A stretch of 61,860 nucleotides of DNA, taken from contig CAZLCT010000002.1 in NCBI GenBank assembly GCA_964558015.1, positions 1 to 61,860 on the forward strand, read 5' to 3'. The notes under the pieces were generated by a model, which worked only from the letters and a program-made list of their open reading frames with translations, was not told the origin of the DNA and searched no databases. The translations under genes were made by a program, and so were the position numbers. The stretch is from an uncultured bacterium (lineage in GTDB: Bacteria; Omnitrophota; Omnitrophia; JAHJGZ01). Of this stretch, positions 1 to 12,000 are shown one piece after another (the stretch's first letter is position 1; every line of letters starts with the position of its first letter).

Positions 1-3000
1 CTTTCCTGCATTTTAGGATCTGTTTCAACAAATGCCTCAACCCTTCCCTTCTTAAAATTGAATTTTTCGAGACTTTCCGCCGGTGTTTCTATTAATTTTT
101 TAAAAACCTGTGCTGCTATATTTTTTTTAATATCTTTTTCAAATTGAATCCTCTCAAAAGTTATAGTGACTATATTATTTTTATCAACCCATTCTATAAT
201 CTCTTTAGGAAACATTTTTGACATATGAATCCCATCTAGACTTATGTCAATAAGCATTAATCCTTCTATGCTTTTCCTTTTTGTAAAATCAATCAAAATG
301 ACCGATTTCTTCTGGGTATATTCATACTTGCCCCATTTACCTTTGAGTGGCCCTTGATTCAATCTCCGTAGAGTATCTCCAAATTGTTTTATTACATTTT
401 CTGTCTCGTGAGAAAGTTTTTCTTCCTTAGGTTTCACTCCTTTATCAACACTCACAGCATCCGATGTTTCATCCGGGCTGAGTGATTCAGCATGCTTCTC
501 TGATATAATTGCTGATAATGAAGCTAGTTTTATTTTATATTTTCTGATAATATTTTTATTCCATTCTTTTGCATACCTTTCTTTTAACTTCGTCAATTTA
601 TCGCGGTATGCAACGACTGTTTGAGCTGCCTCCTTAACCTCCCTATTCTCATCGATTCCCTTATAAAGTACTTCATTTTGAGGATCTAGACTTGCCAAAA
701 TCAGCTTCTGAACCTCTCTCGTTACCTTACCTCCCTTGCTAGTTATTAACTTATATAACCCAAGATTGAACTTCTTCGCACGTAAGACTTCCCATTGTTT
801 CTGCAACATCTCCACTGCTTCTCGTGTCACTACATTTCCCTCATCAACCGATTTCTTAAACATATTTACCTTGGTCAAAAATTCTACGCATTCCGCTTCT
901 TTTCTGGCATATAACGCTTCATACGTCTGAGCCAATGCTTTGATAGCAGCATTTATCTGCGACGTATCTTTACCGATTTGAAAGAAAAGGTGATAGGCAA
1001 GCTCAGGCGATAATCCTTGTTTTTGAGCAACTCTTAGTATCTCTTTTATTTTTTGTTCAACTTTCGTACCGCTTCTCACTAAATCATATATAATAAATTC
1101 CGTAAAATTAAACCTTTCCATTAATTCATCTATATACACCCGAGCCTTTTTAATATCATCTTCCATGCTTCCTCGTGCCATCATTATTCGAACAAATGAC
1201 AGAGGCAATCGATTTTCTTTACTGAACTTCGGAGCCTCGTCTACTATGCGACTTAACACTAATTCAGGCTCTAAATAGCCGCTAACTGTCATTAAAATAA
1301 TATAACGTGGCAACCCACATGCTCGAAGCAGTTTCTTATACCCCTCTAACGTATACCCTTTGAGAATTAGCATACGAGTCTGAACATTGGTAAAAGGCTT
1401 GATTTCTTCATCCCCCTTCCTCAATTCATTGATCGCGTTCTTAAACCGCACCGGCAATTGCCTCAACGTAAGGTTTTGCTGAAGTTGATAAATGGTATAC
1501 CGATCAAGGTTACGTAAAATCTCCCATGTTGAGTTAAAAACTAACTCGTTGTCGCATAAACGCTTTTTCAAAACAGCTTCCTGTTTCTGCGACATTCTAG
1601 GATTAAGAAAATTTCTCACTATTGCTGCGGCCATTTTACTTTCAACACCGCTGTCCTTAAAAATAGTCTCTACATATTCGCGGTTCCGGGCTAAGGACAT
1701 TTCATAGGTTATACCATTCATAAGAAGTTCTTTTGCCTGAAAATCGCTGTAGCCTTTTCCTAGAAGTTTTGCGTACTCATTATCTAACCGCGAGGCAAAC
1801 GCACGCATGCTCTCATAAGGCCACTGATATGAAGATAAATCTTGAACATCCTCTGAAGTTAACAGGCCACTTTCAACAAAATTTTCAATCATTTTTCTAT
1901 ATTCTTCAGTCTTTTTTTCGTAATTAAAGTTAAATAGATTACGTACAATTCTACCCTGTAATTCTTCTGGCAACTCTCCTGTTTCTAATGTTTGTTCTAA
2001 TTGAGTTATAGTATCCTTCTTTAATAAATCAATAAAACGTCTTGTATAAAAGACTCCTTGTTTAATAATATTATCCGGATATGCAGTTACGTCTTCACGG
2101 TCAATCGATTCTTCCATAATATTTAAACTAATATCGCCTTTCATAAAGCCCCGGTATAAAAATAGTAATTTATGCAAAATTTTATACTCCCATCCAGGAC
2201 GTACCCCCCTTAAGTTTTGTTCTACCATATTTTTAAATTCACCATCAACATCTTCATGGCGTGTTTGGGCAATGACTTTTATAAAATCATCCCTACGTAT
2301 ACTTATTCTTTTCTTCAAATAATTACCTTCGATAAGAATATTAGCAAAACGTATCAAACGTCTCCTCTTATTCTGCAGCTGTCTGGTATAATTGTTGAAA
2401 AAATATCTACGGTCATGCTCTTCAAACCCAAGCGAGATAAAAATAATGTTAGTAAATGTAGCTGCAGGAAGTAGCTTTAATATAGCTTTCCTTTGCCCGG
2501 ATGCAATAGTAGGAAGTACTCCTTTATATAAAGGAAGGCCGCATAAATAGAAATGTTTCATTAAATCAATACTGAGTCCTTCTATGGGAAAATTATCGGG
2601 TATCTTTTTTATATAAGAACGTTCAAGAAGACGTAATATTTCCTCTTCTAACTTTTTCTTTTCTTTCTCCTTTTTTTCTTTTTCCTGTTTACGCTTTTTA
2701 AGTGTTTCCCTTAAACGTTGAGAACTAAAATTGAGTAAATTCGGTATAATCGGCAGGCCATATTCTTTAAAAATAGGACCTTTTTCTACATAAAGAACTC
2801 TAGGCGTATTTCGATGTCGTAAATGCTCTCGAAGTTCTAAATAATCGAAGGGTCGTGTTTCATACTGACCTGTTAAAGTGCTCCCGCTTACAAACACCTC
2901 GTATTCTTCTTTAAGAAGTTTAATATAATAATGATCTTCATCTGTTAAACCATAAAGTGTGCTCTTTAGCCTCTTTTTCCCCTTAGGCATTTCATCGGGT

Positions 3001-6000
3001 GATTTAGTAATATACCAACGCTGAGGGCTTGGGTCTAAAACATCATCTAAAGCCTTTTTTTCAAAACTATCCGCTGAATTTTGATTTTCTCTATCAGATA
3101 TTTCTTCGTCGTCACTTCTTTTACTAATAACGCGGCGCTCTTTTTTATCCTTGATTGAACGTACACGCACTTTATGCTCTCCTTTATCAAGCCGTATCTC
3201 GCCAATTTTTTCTTTATAATCATGATCCAATATAGGAATGCCGAGAAAATGTTCATGCAACTTGATAACAAAATCTCTCAATCGCGTGTGTTTCAAATAA
3301 AATATAATACCGGCATGACCAGCTGCGAACTCGATAAAAATTGTTGGTTTCTCCCCACGCACTTCTTTTAACTCTGGAATAATATAATCTGTAATCTTTT
3401 TTGCTGTAATTGCCTCACGATATCCCCCCATGAAATTATAAAAATGACTAATAGCAAACAACGGATTTATCACAGCGTTCCATTTTTTATTTGAATATAA
3501 AGTAAGGCAGAATGTTACTAATGGGAACACTAATGGCATCGTCCACAAAGAAGGAAAAAGGCAATAATAAATATATGGAATAGTTATCAATAGTGCCGCT
3601 AAAATTATTGCGCCAATCACAGAAATTTCTTTACCTGAAAGCGGCGGTATATCTGTATAAAATACAGGCTTATTATGTTTTATCAGGCTGTCAACTATGT
3701 TACTATACTGAACATACCCTCGCAAACCATCTAAATCCAAATTCGCATATCTGTTTACTCCTGTCTCAAGAACAACAGAATCTACTTGTTTCATGATGTG
3801 TTCGGGTACTTTACTTTTAATAAAATGTTTAGCAAGATGAAATATAAAGTTGGCATCATTTGTTGAAAAATAAAGCATGTCATTGCTTGCGCTGTTCCAC
3901 ATCCGATGAAGCGCAATCGACACAACGATTATGAGCGGATGTGTGCTGAATAGAAATGGCGCATTAAAAATTATTCCGCCAACAAAATGATACCAATTAC
4001 GTCTTTCTTTACCGTGTGCCCCCCAGAAAATAAACGCATTCACAATTGCAACAATACCTAACCCGCTGTTTATACCGTAAAAAGAGGGAAAGAAATTAAG
4101 GAATGGCATAAAAAAATCGATAATACTAAGGCCAAATATAGGAAGCCGTGAAGCAGCTGTGATTTTCATCCATTCTTTAAAACTAATGTTACTTATCCTA
4201 AGTTTGCGTAATAGAACCGACGTGTTCCCAAAAAATCTCTTTAAAATAAAAAGCGGTATAATACTTATGTAACCTATCTCCTCGATCCACGGCGCATAAA
4301 ATACTTCAACATTGTGACGACTCTTCTGCCATTCTTTCTCAGTCATCCCTTTAGGTTTTGTATCGAGCCCGAATAACCGGTACATCTCGTCAAGAGTGGC
4401 AGACTCTGTGTCCTTTGTGGCACCCCGTTGTTTGCTTGTTAAGTTTTTAGCAAAGTAATCTACCGTAATACCATAGAAACGCATGCGATCTTTTAATGTT
4501 GCAGGTGCTATGCCTAATAATGCCGCAGCCTGTTCGGGATTCCCCTTGGCTGTACGTAATGCTGCTATAATGTCACGTTTTACTTCTTGATGTCTTTTCG
4601 ATTTCACTTTTTCATATAGTGGATGCCTAAATGATTTACTCTCTAACTCATAAATTGAAATATCTAATAATTCAGCTGCTCTCGCTATATCCTTACCAGA
4701 CATTTCCCATACAACTTCGAATAAAAGTAACTCAAGAGCGCGGAGTGAGCGCCAGCCAAAATCAGGAATTGCCTTACGTGCGAGTAAGTCTTTTTCTAGC
4801 TTATATTTTTCCAGCAATAAAGATAAGCTTTTCTGGGAAGGTCCTAAGTTATATGACATTGCGCGCACATCATTTTCATAGCGCTGAGCAGATTGTAATA
4901 CGGCGATTTTTTTCAGCCCCTCCAACGGCTTTTCAAATTGTGGAATGAGATATTCTTGAAAATACAAGCTAATAGTAGCATCATCATCCACACTTTCGTA
5001 CGCTCTTAGATATATATTAGTAAGATAGCGCACACGCTCTTCAATATTGAGAAACGAACCCGGTTTTAGATGCTGCACGAGGAAACATATTTCATCTCTA
5101 TTTAACATTTTCTTTTTCTTTATGGTTTCGGTGAGTATCTCATGCAGATCTCTCCGGAATTGTCTATTGCGGCCACTACACAAAGTTTCAATCTGTTTGA
5201 TACTAATCTCACCCTCTAAAAGATCATTAATTAAATCCCCATTAAGAATAATATATACAAGAAGTTGTTGATCCGTGAGAAAACCTGGTTTATTAGAATA
5301 TTTAGCTTGGGTGATAAGTGCAAGGGTGCGGAAACTCTGAATGGAAGAAACAGGGATAGAGTCCTTATCATCTAAATCAACAGCATACATCCTTATCGGC
5401 CTAAACCATTTGACTATACTTCTAAGAGGTTCCTGAAGGTTGTGGAAAATGATGGAGAGTTGCGGAAGGTTACGAACTAAACGAGAAATAAATGGTTTCC
5501 AGCTTCTAGATAAGTCAGAAACAAAATAGTTTTTTACATTTTTAAAGAAGTTTTGTACAGTTGTGCGGACGGTTGGGTTGGTCCAGAGGAAGGATAAATA
5601 TAAAATAACCGCTACAATCCCGATAGCGGATGAAAAATATTGTGATACAAGAAGCAGCTTAATCTGTCCAAGTGTCTCCGCACTTACAATGTGCAAAATA
5701 AAACTTTTAAGTGTAGGGATAGTAAGAAATCCTATACCCATAGCGGCAAGCACGCAAACTATATTCAATACCGTAGATCCTTCCTTTCCTTCTATTGAAC
5801 TTCCTTTTTTGAGCTTTACTCCAACTTGGTCTTGAGTGTCTTTTTTCTCAAAACTGCTTAAATCCATGCCGGTTAATTTGGCAATACCTGGATCAATTAT
5901 TGTCTGAATAAACTCATGTCGAGCGATTTCAAAGATAATTCGACGAATTTCATCTACTGACATACTATTCAGTGTTTCCAACAAATCATAAACCCTTTCA

Positions 6001-9000
6001 GAAGAAGGTACTAATTTATCTACTGAGGAGAAATATAGAGGTATGGAATCTCCTTCTAATTTATTGAGTAAAAGGTGCGTCGCAAGGGCATAGGTTATTG
6101 GAACCTCATTTTTTTCGTTTTCTAAAATTGAACCTGCCCACCACTTTTTTATTATTTCACAAGGATTAGGAGCATATGCAGCAATTGCTAATTCACCCAA
6201 CAGGGCGTCAATGGCATCTCCAATGGCAATACAATCTTTTCTGCTTTTTATAATACAGTTATCATGCATTAAATATTTCATTATTTTTACTAAATGACTG
6301 TCAGGTTTCAAAACTATACGAAATAAATATTCCTGAATTGGAAAAGATGATTCTATCTTTTTCCATAGATAGTTCTTTTGAGCGAGAAAAATATCTGAGA
6401 CCAAAAAATATTTAAGGTAATTATCCAACCAAAGGTTACCTTTCAATAAATCTTTCTTATCAGTATTAAAAACTTTGTTCCACTTCCAAGCTTGAAAATC
6501 TCTACCCATACAACCCGGCAACAAAACTACATCCTGAGGTTTCATTTTACCTCTTTCAATAATCCTCTTGATAAGATCCTTATAAATAACAATATGTTTT
6601 TGTTCTGAAAAATTTATTTGTGCAACGTAATACGTTTTTACATTCGAATAGTCTGAATAAAAACGGGCTTTATGTATATCGTACTTTTCTCCAAAAAATT
6701 CGTATTCATCTGTTTTTTCAATTAAACAAAGTTCAGGAATAAGAACCTCTTCAGCCTTAAGTGAATCAGAAGTCCGAAATGAAAATAGCACCAACATCAG
6801 GTCATACGGCATTAAAACCTTATTTACAACATCTTTCAAATATTTACCGAAAAGTTTAAGATTTATTTCCTTCTCATCTTTAAATGCCAAAGCTGAATCG
6901 CGAAAGATCTTCTGTTGATCTGGCTCTAGCAATGCTGAAAGCTCCAAAGACGCATTTATGAGCTGGTCAAACGACTCAGCATTTATGTGGACTAAAGGCT
7001 GAGTATGCATTCGCCTCCAATTTTTTTCATACCAAGCACAAATCTTAAATTCCGGCTTATTTACACCCGGAAACATCTTGCTTATAATGATAAAAGACTT
7101 CATATTCATACCGAAGCAGCGTTTATAAAGTTTATGTAATTCTTCAGAAACTGCTTTTCTTTGCTTATTGTTCCATAGAATAGAAATATCTAATTGTGCT
7201 TTGATATCGCTGAGAAATCTTTGAATGGTTTTCTGGTTAATATCATGAAACAACCGAGAACTACTCATATGCATAAGTTCATATAAAATAGTATCGGTTA
7301 AATCATCTGCAGGTATGTTGCTATAATTTAAATTTTTGCGCATCTTTTCAAATTCAGAAGCCTGGGCACCACCTAATAAATCAATATCGTTTATTTTCAT
7401 ATGTAGGGTTTTATGTGCAAAAAAAGCGGAAAAATCTTTTTCGAAAAAATCTTCTTCTGCCGGATATAAATCCCAGCCAAGTTCAGCTAATACAGGATAA
7501 TCCTCACGCAATAAATAAACGACAAATTTACGTGAAAAAAACGATTCAAGATATTGTTCGGGTCTCCCCTCAGATTCATTTAAAGATAAATATTCAATCG
7601 AACCCGGCTCCTGCCTCTTCTCAGCATTCATTACCTGATAAAAACGCTTCCTTATCTGAGCCGAAAGAAGTTCACGCCATAAAAATGAACCAATTTCTCT
7701 TAAAATGAATACTTTCCAACAAAGATCTACAGACACTTTATCCTTCATGCGCCTGCTCATTATCTTCTCATGTATTAAAGTAAAATAACTCACTGACGAG
7801 ATCAAATCTGCATAGAATTTTGGTATGGGTGCACTTAAAGTTTTAAGAACAGACACTATATTAAAAGAAGGCAGAAATGTCATTTTTTTTATATCTTCAT
7901 CGGATATAATCTTCTTATCATAATCAGGCACTAAAAGAGTACAATACGCTGAGCTTTTTTCTACCCCTTCCTTCTCAGTATAATCTTTATGAATAAATAT
8001 TCTCTTCCCAATGACCGTATCTCCAGTGGATGCTGAAACATTCAGATAAAAAAATGCAGGATCCGGATAAAAAAGGCCTTTCAGGTATGCAGGCATGTAA
8101 GATACTATGTTTGTAAGAAATTCAGGTGAAATTGGTCGCGCCAATCCTTGAGCGGGCCTGTCACTATCTGCCATATTCGTGCCGAATAAATAATCCTTAA
8201 ATTCATCAAATCCCTTAATTTTTTTCATACTAACAATACTAAGAGGTGACTCAGCTATGGTCTCTTTTAGGACAAAAGGACTTCCTTCATAATCGCTAAT
8301 AATGTCTTCACTTGTCTGTTCCTCTTCTGTTTCCTCCGGTGTTGTCTCTTCTGTTTTAAAGTCTTTTTCTAAAGTAATAGTTTCTGGAAGCAATAAAACT
8401 TGAAAAGGTTCTAACTGTTTCACAAATTTTAAATCTTCTGCGTCAATCTTACATCCAGTTCTTAATATATGGTCTACGACTTCTTGAGTCGCAGCATCAA
8501 TTTTAACAGACTCACTAACAGGCTCTGCTAATACAGGCAAAAGTTCTTTAGTCTCAGGAGGAAGTTCTTCATATAGAGAGAGCGGCTCTTGAGGTTCTGA
8601 AACCGTCTCATCAATAGGCTCTGGATCTACAAAGATAGGAATTATATCTTCCTGAATAACTTTTTCCTTTTCTTCAAGCTTATCAGGAGAAGTAACCTCA
8701 TCTTGAGGAAAAAGAATAATACCAGTTGCTGCCCCTGGTGTTCTCTCAAAATCGCCTAATTCTAACATTTCATAAGCAGGTTTAAGCTCTACAGACTTCC
8801 TAGGCTGCTCTTCTTTTTTATCTATTTTTACAATTTCACCAGCACTCTCTTTTGCTGTAGGTTCATCAATACATACGTCTATTAATTCTGCTAATTCTGA
8901 AACTTCCTGTACGTAAGCAGGATCTTTCGGGTCTATTTCCCTTTTCTTTTGAGCAATTACACACGTACCCTTACCAAAATGCCTCCGCAGCTTACGTTCT

Positions 9001-12000
9001 TGTTCTTCATCTTCCACTATTTTCCATATAACACTTTCAGGATATTGCAAATCTTCATTTAATAAAAATTCTTGTGCTTCATATCCAAATTCATCCAACA
9101 TCAAAGTAATATAGTCCTCATCTAAATCTTTAATGCTCGATATAATTAAATATCCGTCTAAAGCTACTACACGATTCAACTCTTGGAAAAACTTCACTTT
9201 CTGATCGGGGCTAAGATGAGTATTCCGGGCAATAGTTTCATAAAAATCCAGGTTTACAACATCGAAAGCACCGTCTTCCAGAAAAATTTTGTTTCTAAAA
9301 ATATCTATATTTTCCACCTTATGTTTAAGAGGACCTAGGTCACTGCTTAAATTTTTAACTACCTTTTTAGCCTCATCAAGAAGCCCGCTGCTCAAATGAA
9401 ACTCATGAAAGCTGATCTTCTCAATAGAATGACCAATATCTTCAAGTAAATGATTAACCTTGGCTAAAGCTTGAATAGCGCTTGCACACTGTGAATTCAG
9501 CAAACCCCAACGTTCTAAAGCTATCTCTTTTCCGTACCTTTTTTGCTCTTCATAGATCATCTCGAGAAATCTTGCTAAAATAGAAACGTGAATTGTAAAA
9601 GGTGCAAGTTGCTGAAGATATTCGGAATGTTGAGGTGCGCACCTATCCCAATATTGAGGATCGCCTCTTAAAAAAAACAATGTTGCAATTCCCATACGGC
9701 TACGATGAATTTGAAGCTCAGTCGGTTCTTCATAGACTTTATAGACCTTTCTTTCTCTAACTTTTCTCACCTCTGAAGGTAGTTTTTCTTTTTTAGATTT
9801 TCTTATTTTTATACCCCTACGTATCTGATTATACTTTTCTTGAAATAATGTCTTTTGCCAGTTTGGCATTAATTCAAGTCTGCCACTTTTTAATATTTCA
9901 TGAGCACCTAATACAATACGCTTTTCTGAGTATGGATTGTAGTAAGTATATGCCCATCGGATTTTATGATTAAATGCACACTTTGTTTTAGTTTCTGGAT
10001 AATATGCCAGTGCAAGCCCCCACTGATCACTCAGTATATCTTCTATCTGCTCATCCTGGGTCACATCTATCGAATATTTACGCACCGCCTTATCAAACCA
10101 TGGTTTATCCTTAAGCATTGACTTTGAAGGCTTATCAATACGCTCATATTTCATAAACACTTCTGGCTTAACCCAATTTTCTTCCGTCTTCCACTCTTTT
10201 GGCATCCACTCCTTTCGCGCCATTTCAATATTTCTCTCGATTTGGGGTAGATTTAGAATCTTTGAAAAATCAATTTCAGGCTCTGTCCATTCTGCTTTTG
10301 TTTTTCGAGCTGGCTTTCTCTTAACAGGCTCATCTGGATCAACAGCGTACATTTTGATAGGGCTAAGTAATTTGACTAAATCACTAAAAGGTTTCGAAAA
10401 GTCACGGAAAGTTACAGATAGTTGCGGGAGGTTACGAACTAAACTAGAAATAATTGGCTTCCAACTTTTAGATAATTCAGAAACAAAATAGTTTTTCACA
10501 TTTTTAAAGAAATTTCGTACAGTTGTGCGTACGGTCGGATTGGTCCATAGGAAGGATAAAAATAAAACACCCGCTCCTATCCCGATAGCGGATGAGAAAT
10601 ATTGTGATACAAGAAGCAGCTTAATCTGTCCAATAGTTTCAGAACTCACTATGTGTGGGATAAAGCTTTTGATATATTTAGTTAAAAAAGCACATACTCC
10701 TAATATCCCAAATAAAGATATCAAATATGATGATGCTTCACCTTTCTCACCTTTTTTGATTATTCTCTTTTTTATCAGAAAGTTTTCAGCACGTTCCAAG
10801 AGTATATCAAGTGAAGTTATTGGATTGCCTCTCTTTCGTGCCATTTTTTGTTTATGCAAAAGTAAATCGTATGAATTTGTTACTGTAAAAATATCATCAT
10901 TAACAAGGGCATCCTGTAAGGCCTTCATGCGCTCATCAAGACTTCTTTTTGTATTTTTCTTTTTCTTCGCATTGCTCTTGACTTCCTTAGGCAATTCTTT
11001 TTCCTCAGTATGCTTTTGGGATATATCAGATGAGACTTTTTTAAGAGACTCATTTATTTCTTTAGTCTCTGACGACTTTTCTTCCCTTTTACTTTTTTCC
11101 TTTTCATAAATCTCATTCAATTTTTCACTATAATATATTGCAATGACATTTTTACAAAATTCCTGTATGATTTTAAAACGAAACTTATTCTTCTCTATTC
11201 TATCCCATAAAATATACAATCCCTCGCTTGTCTCTATGTTCTGTATCTCTTTTATTATTCTTGCCGTTTGGCTAACATTGTAAATTATATGACTGAGATA
11301 TTCACTATATCCCTCTTTATAGACCGGATGATAAAGCATGGCATCAATAAGACTCTCAGCCTCAGGTATACGTCCTGTACTTATATAAATAAATGATAAT
11401 AATACTGTGGCTACGACATTTAATGAATTATCAATAATATCTTCGCGGAATCTATTAATACAACTTTCTCGCTCCTCTTTTTTATAATTAACTATTAAAT
11501 CCAGATACTGCAAAATAATAAATTCAGCCTGACTCTTTACATCAACCGCATTTATATTATTTTTAAATAAATTATACCCATTATTGACTAACTCATGCGC
11601 CTTCTCAATATCCCCATTTTTATTAAAAATTTTTGAAAAACTATTAAAAGTACGAATAAGATATAACGTTTCTTCTTTAACCCCAAGAGTATCGTGGTTT
11701 TCCTTAAATAAAGAATATGCTTTATCAAGTAATTTATACGCTTTATCAAGATTTGATCTTTCTTTAAAAGCTATGGCCAGTATACGATATGCATTAATTA
11801 TATAAAAGGCCTGAGATTTAACCCCTTTAGCATGTGGATAATCTATAAATAATGTGCATGCCCTATTAATTAATGCTTCTCTCTGCTCAGGGGTTTTATA
11901 ATCTTTAAACTTAAACGAAAGCTCTTTGTAGGTACTAATAAGATATTCAATAAGATCATTAACGCCTTTTGCGTCAGGATATTTATACAATAGTTCATAT

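Noticed and set aside
5375-10760. Diversity-generating retroelement (template/variable repeat) explanation for the duplicated 260-bp module
   Set aside because: Mismatches between the copies involve all base types rather than adenine-specific changes, and no reverse transcriptase gene is present in the window.
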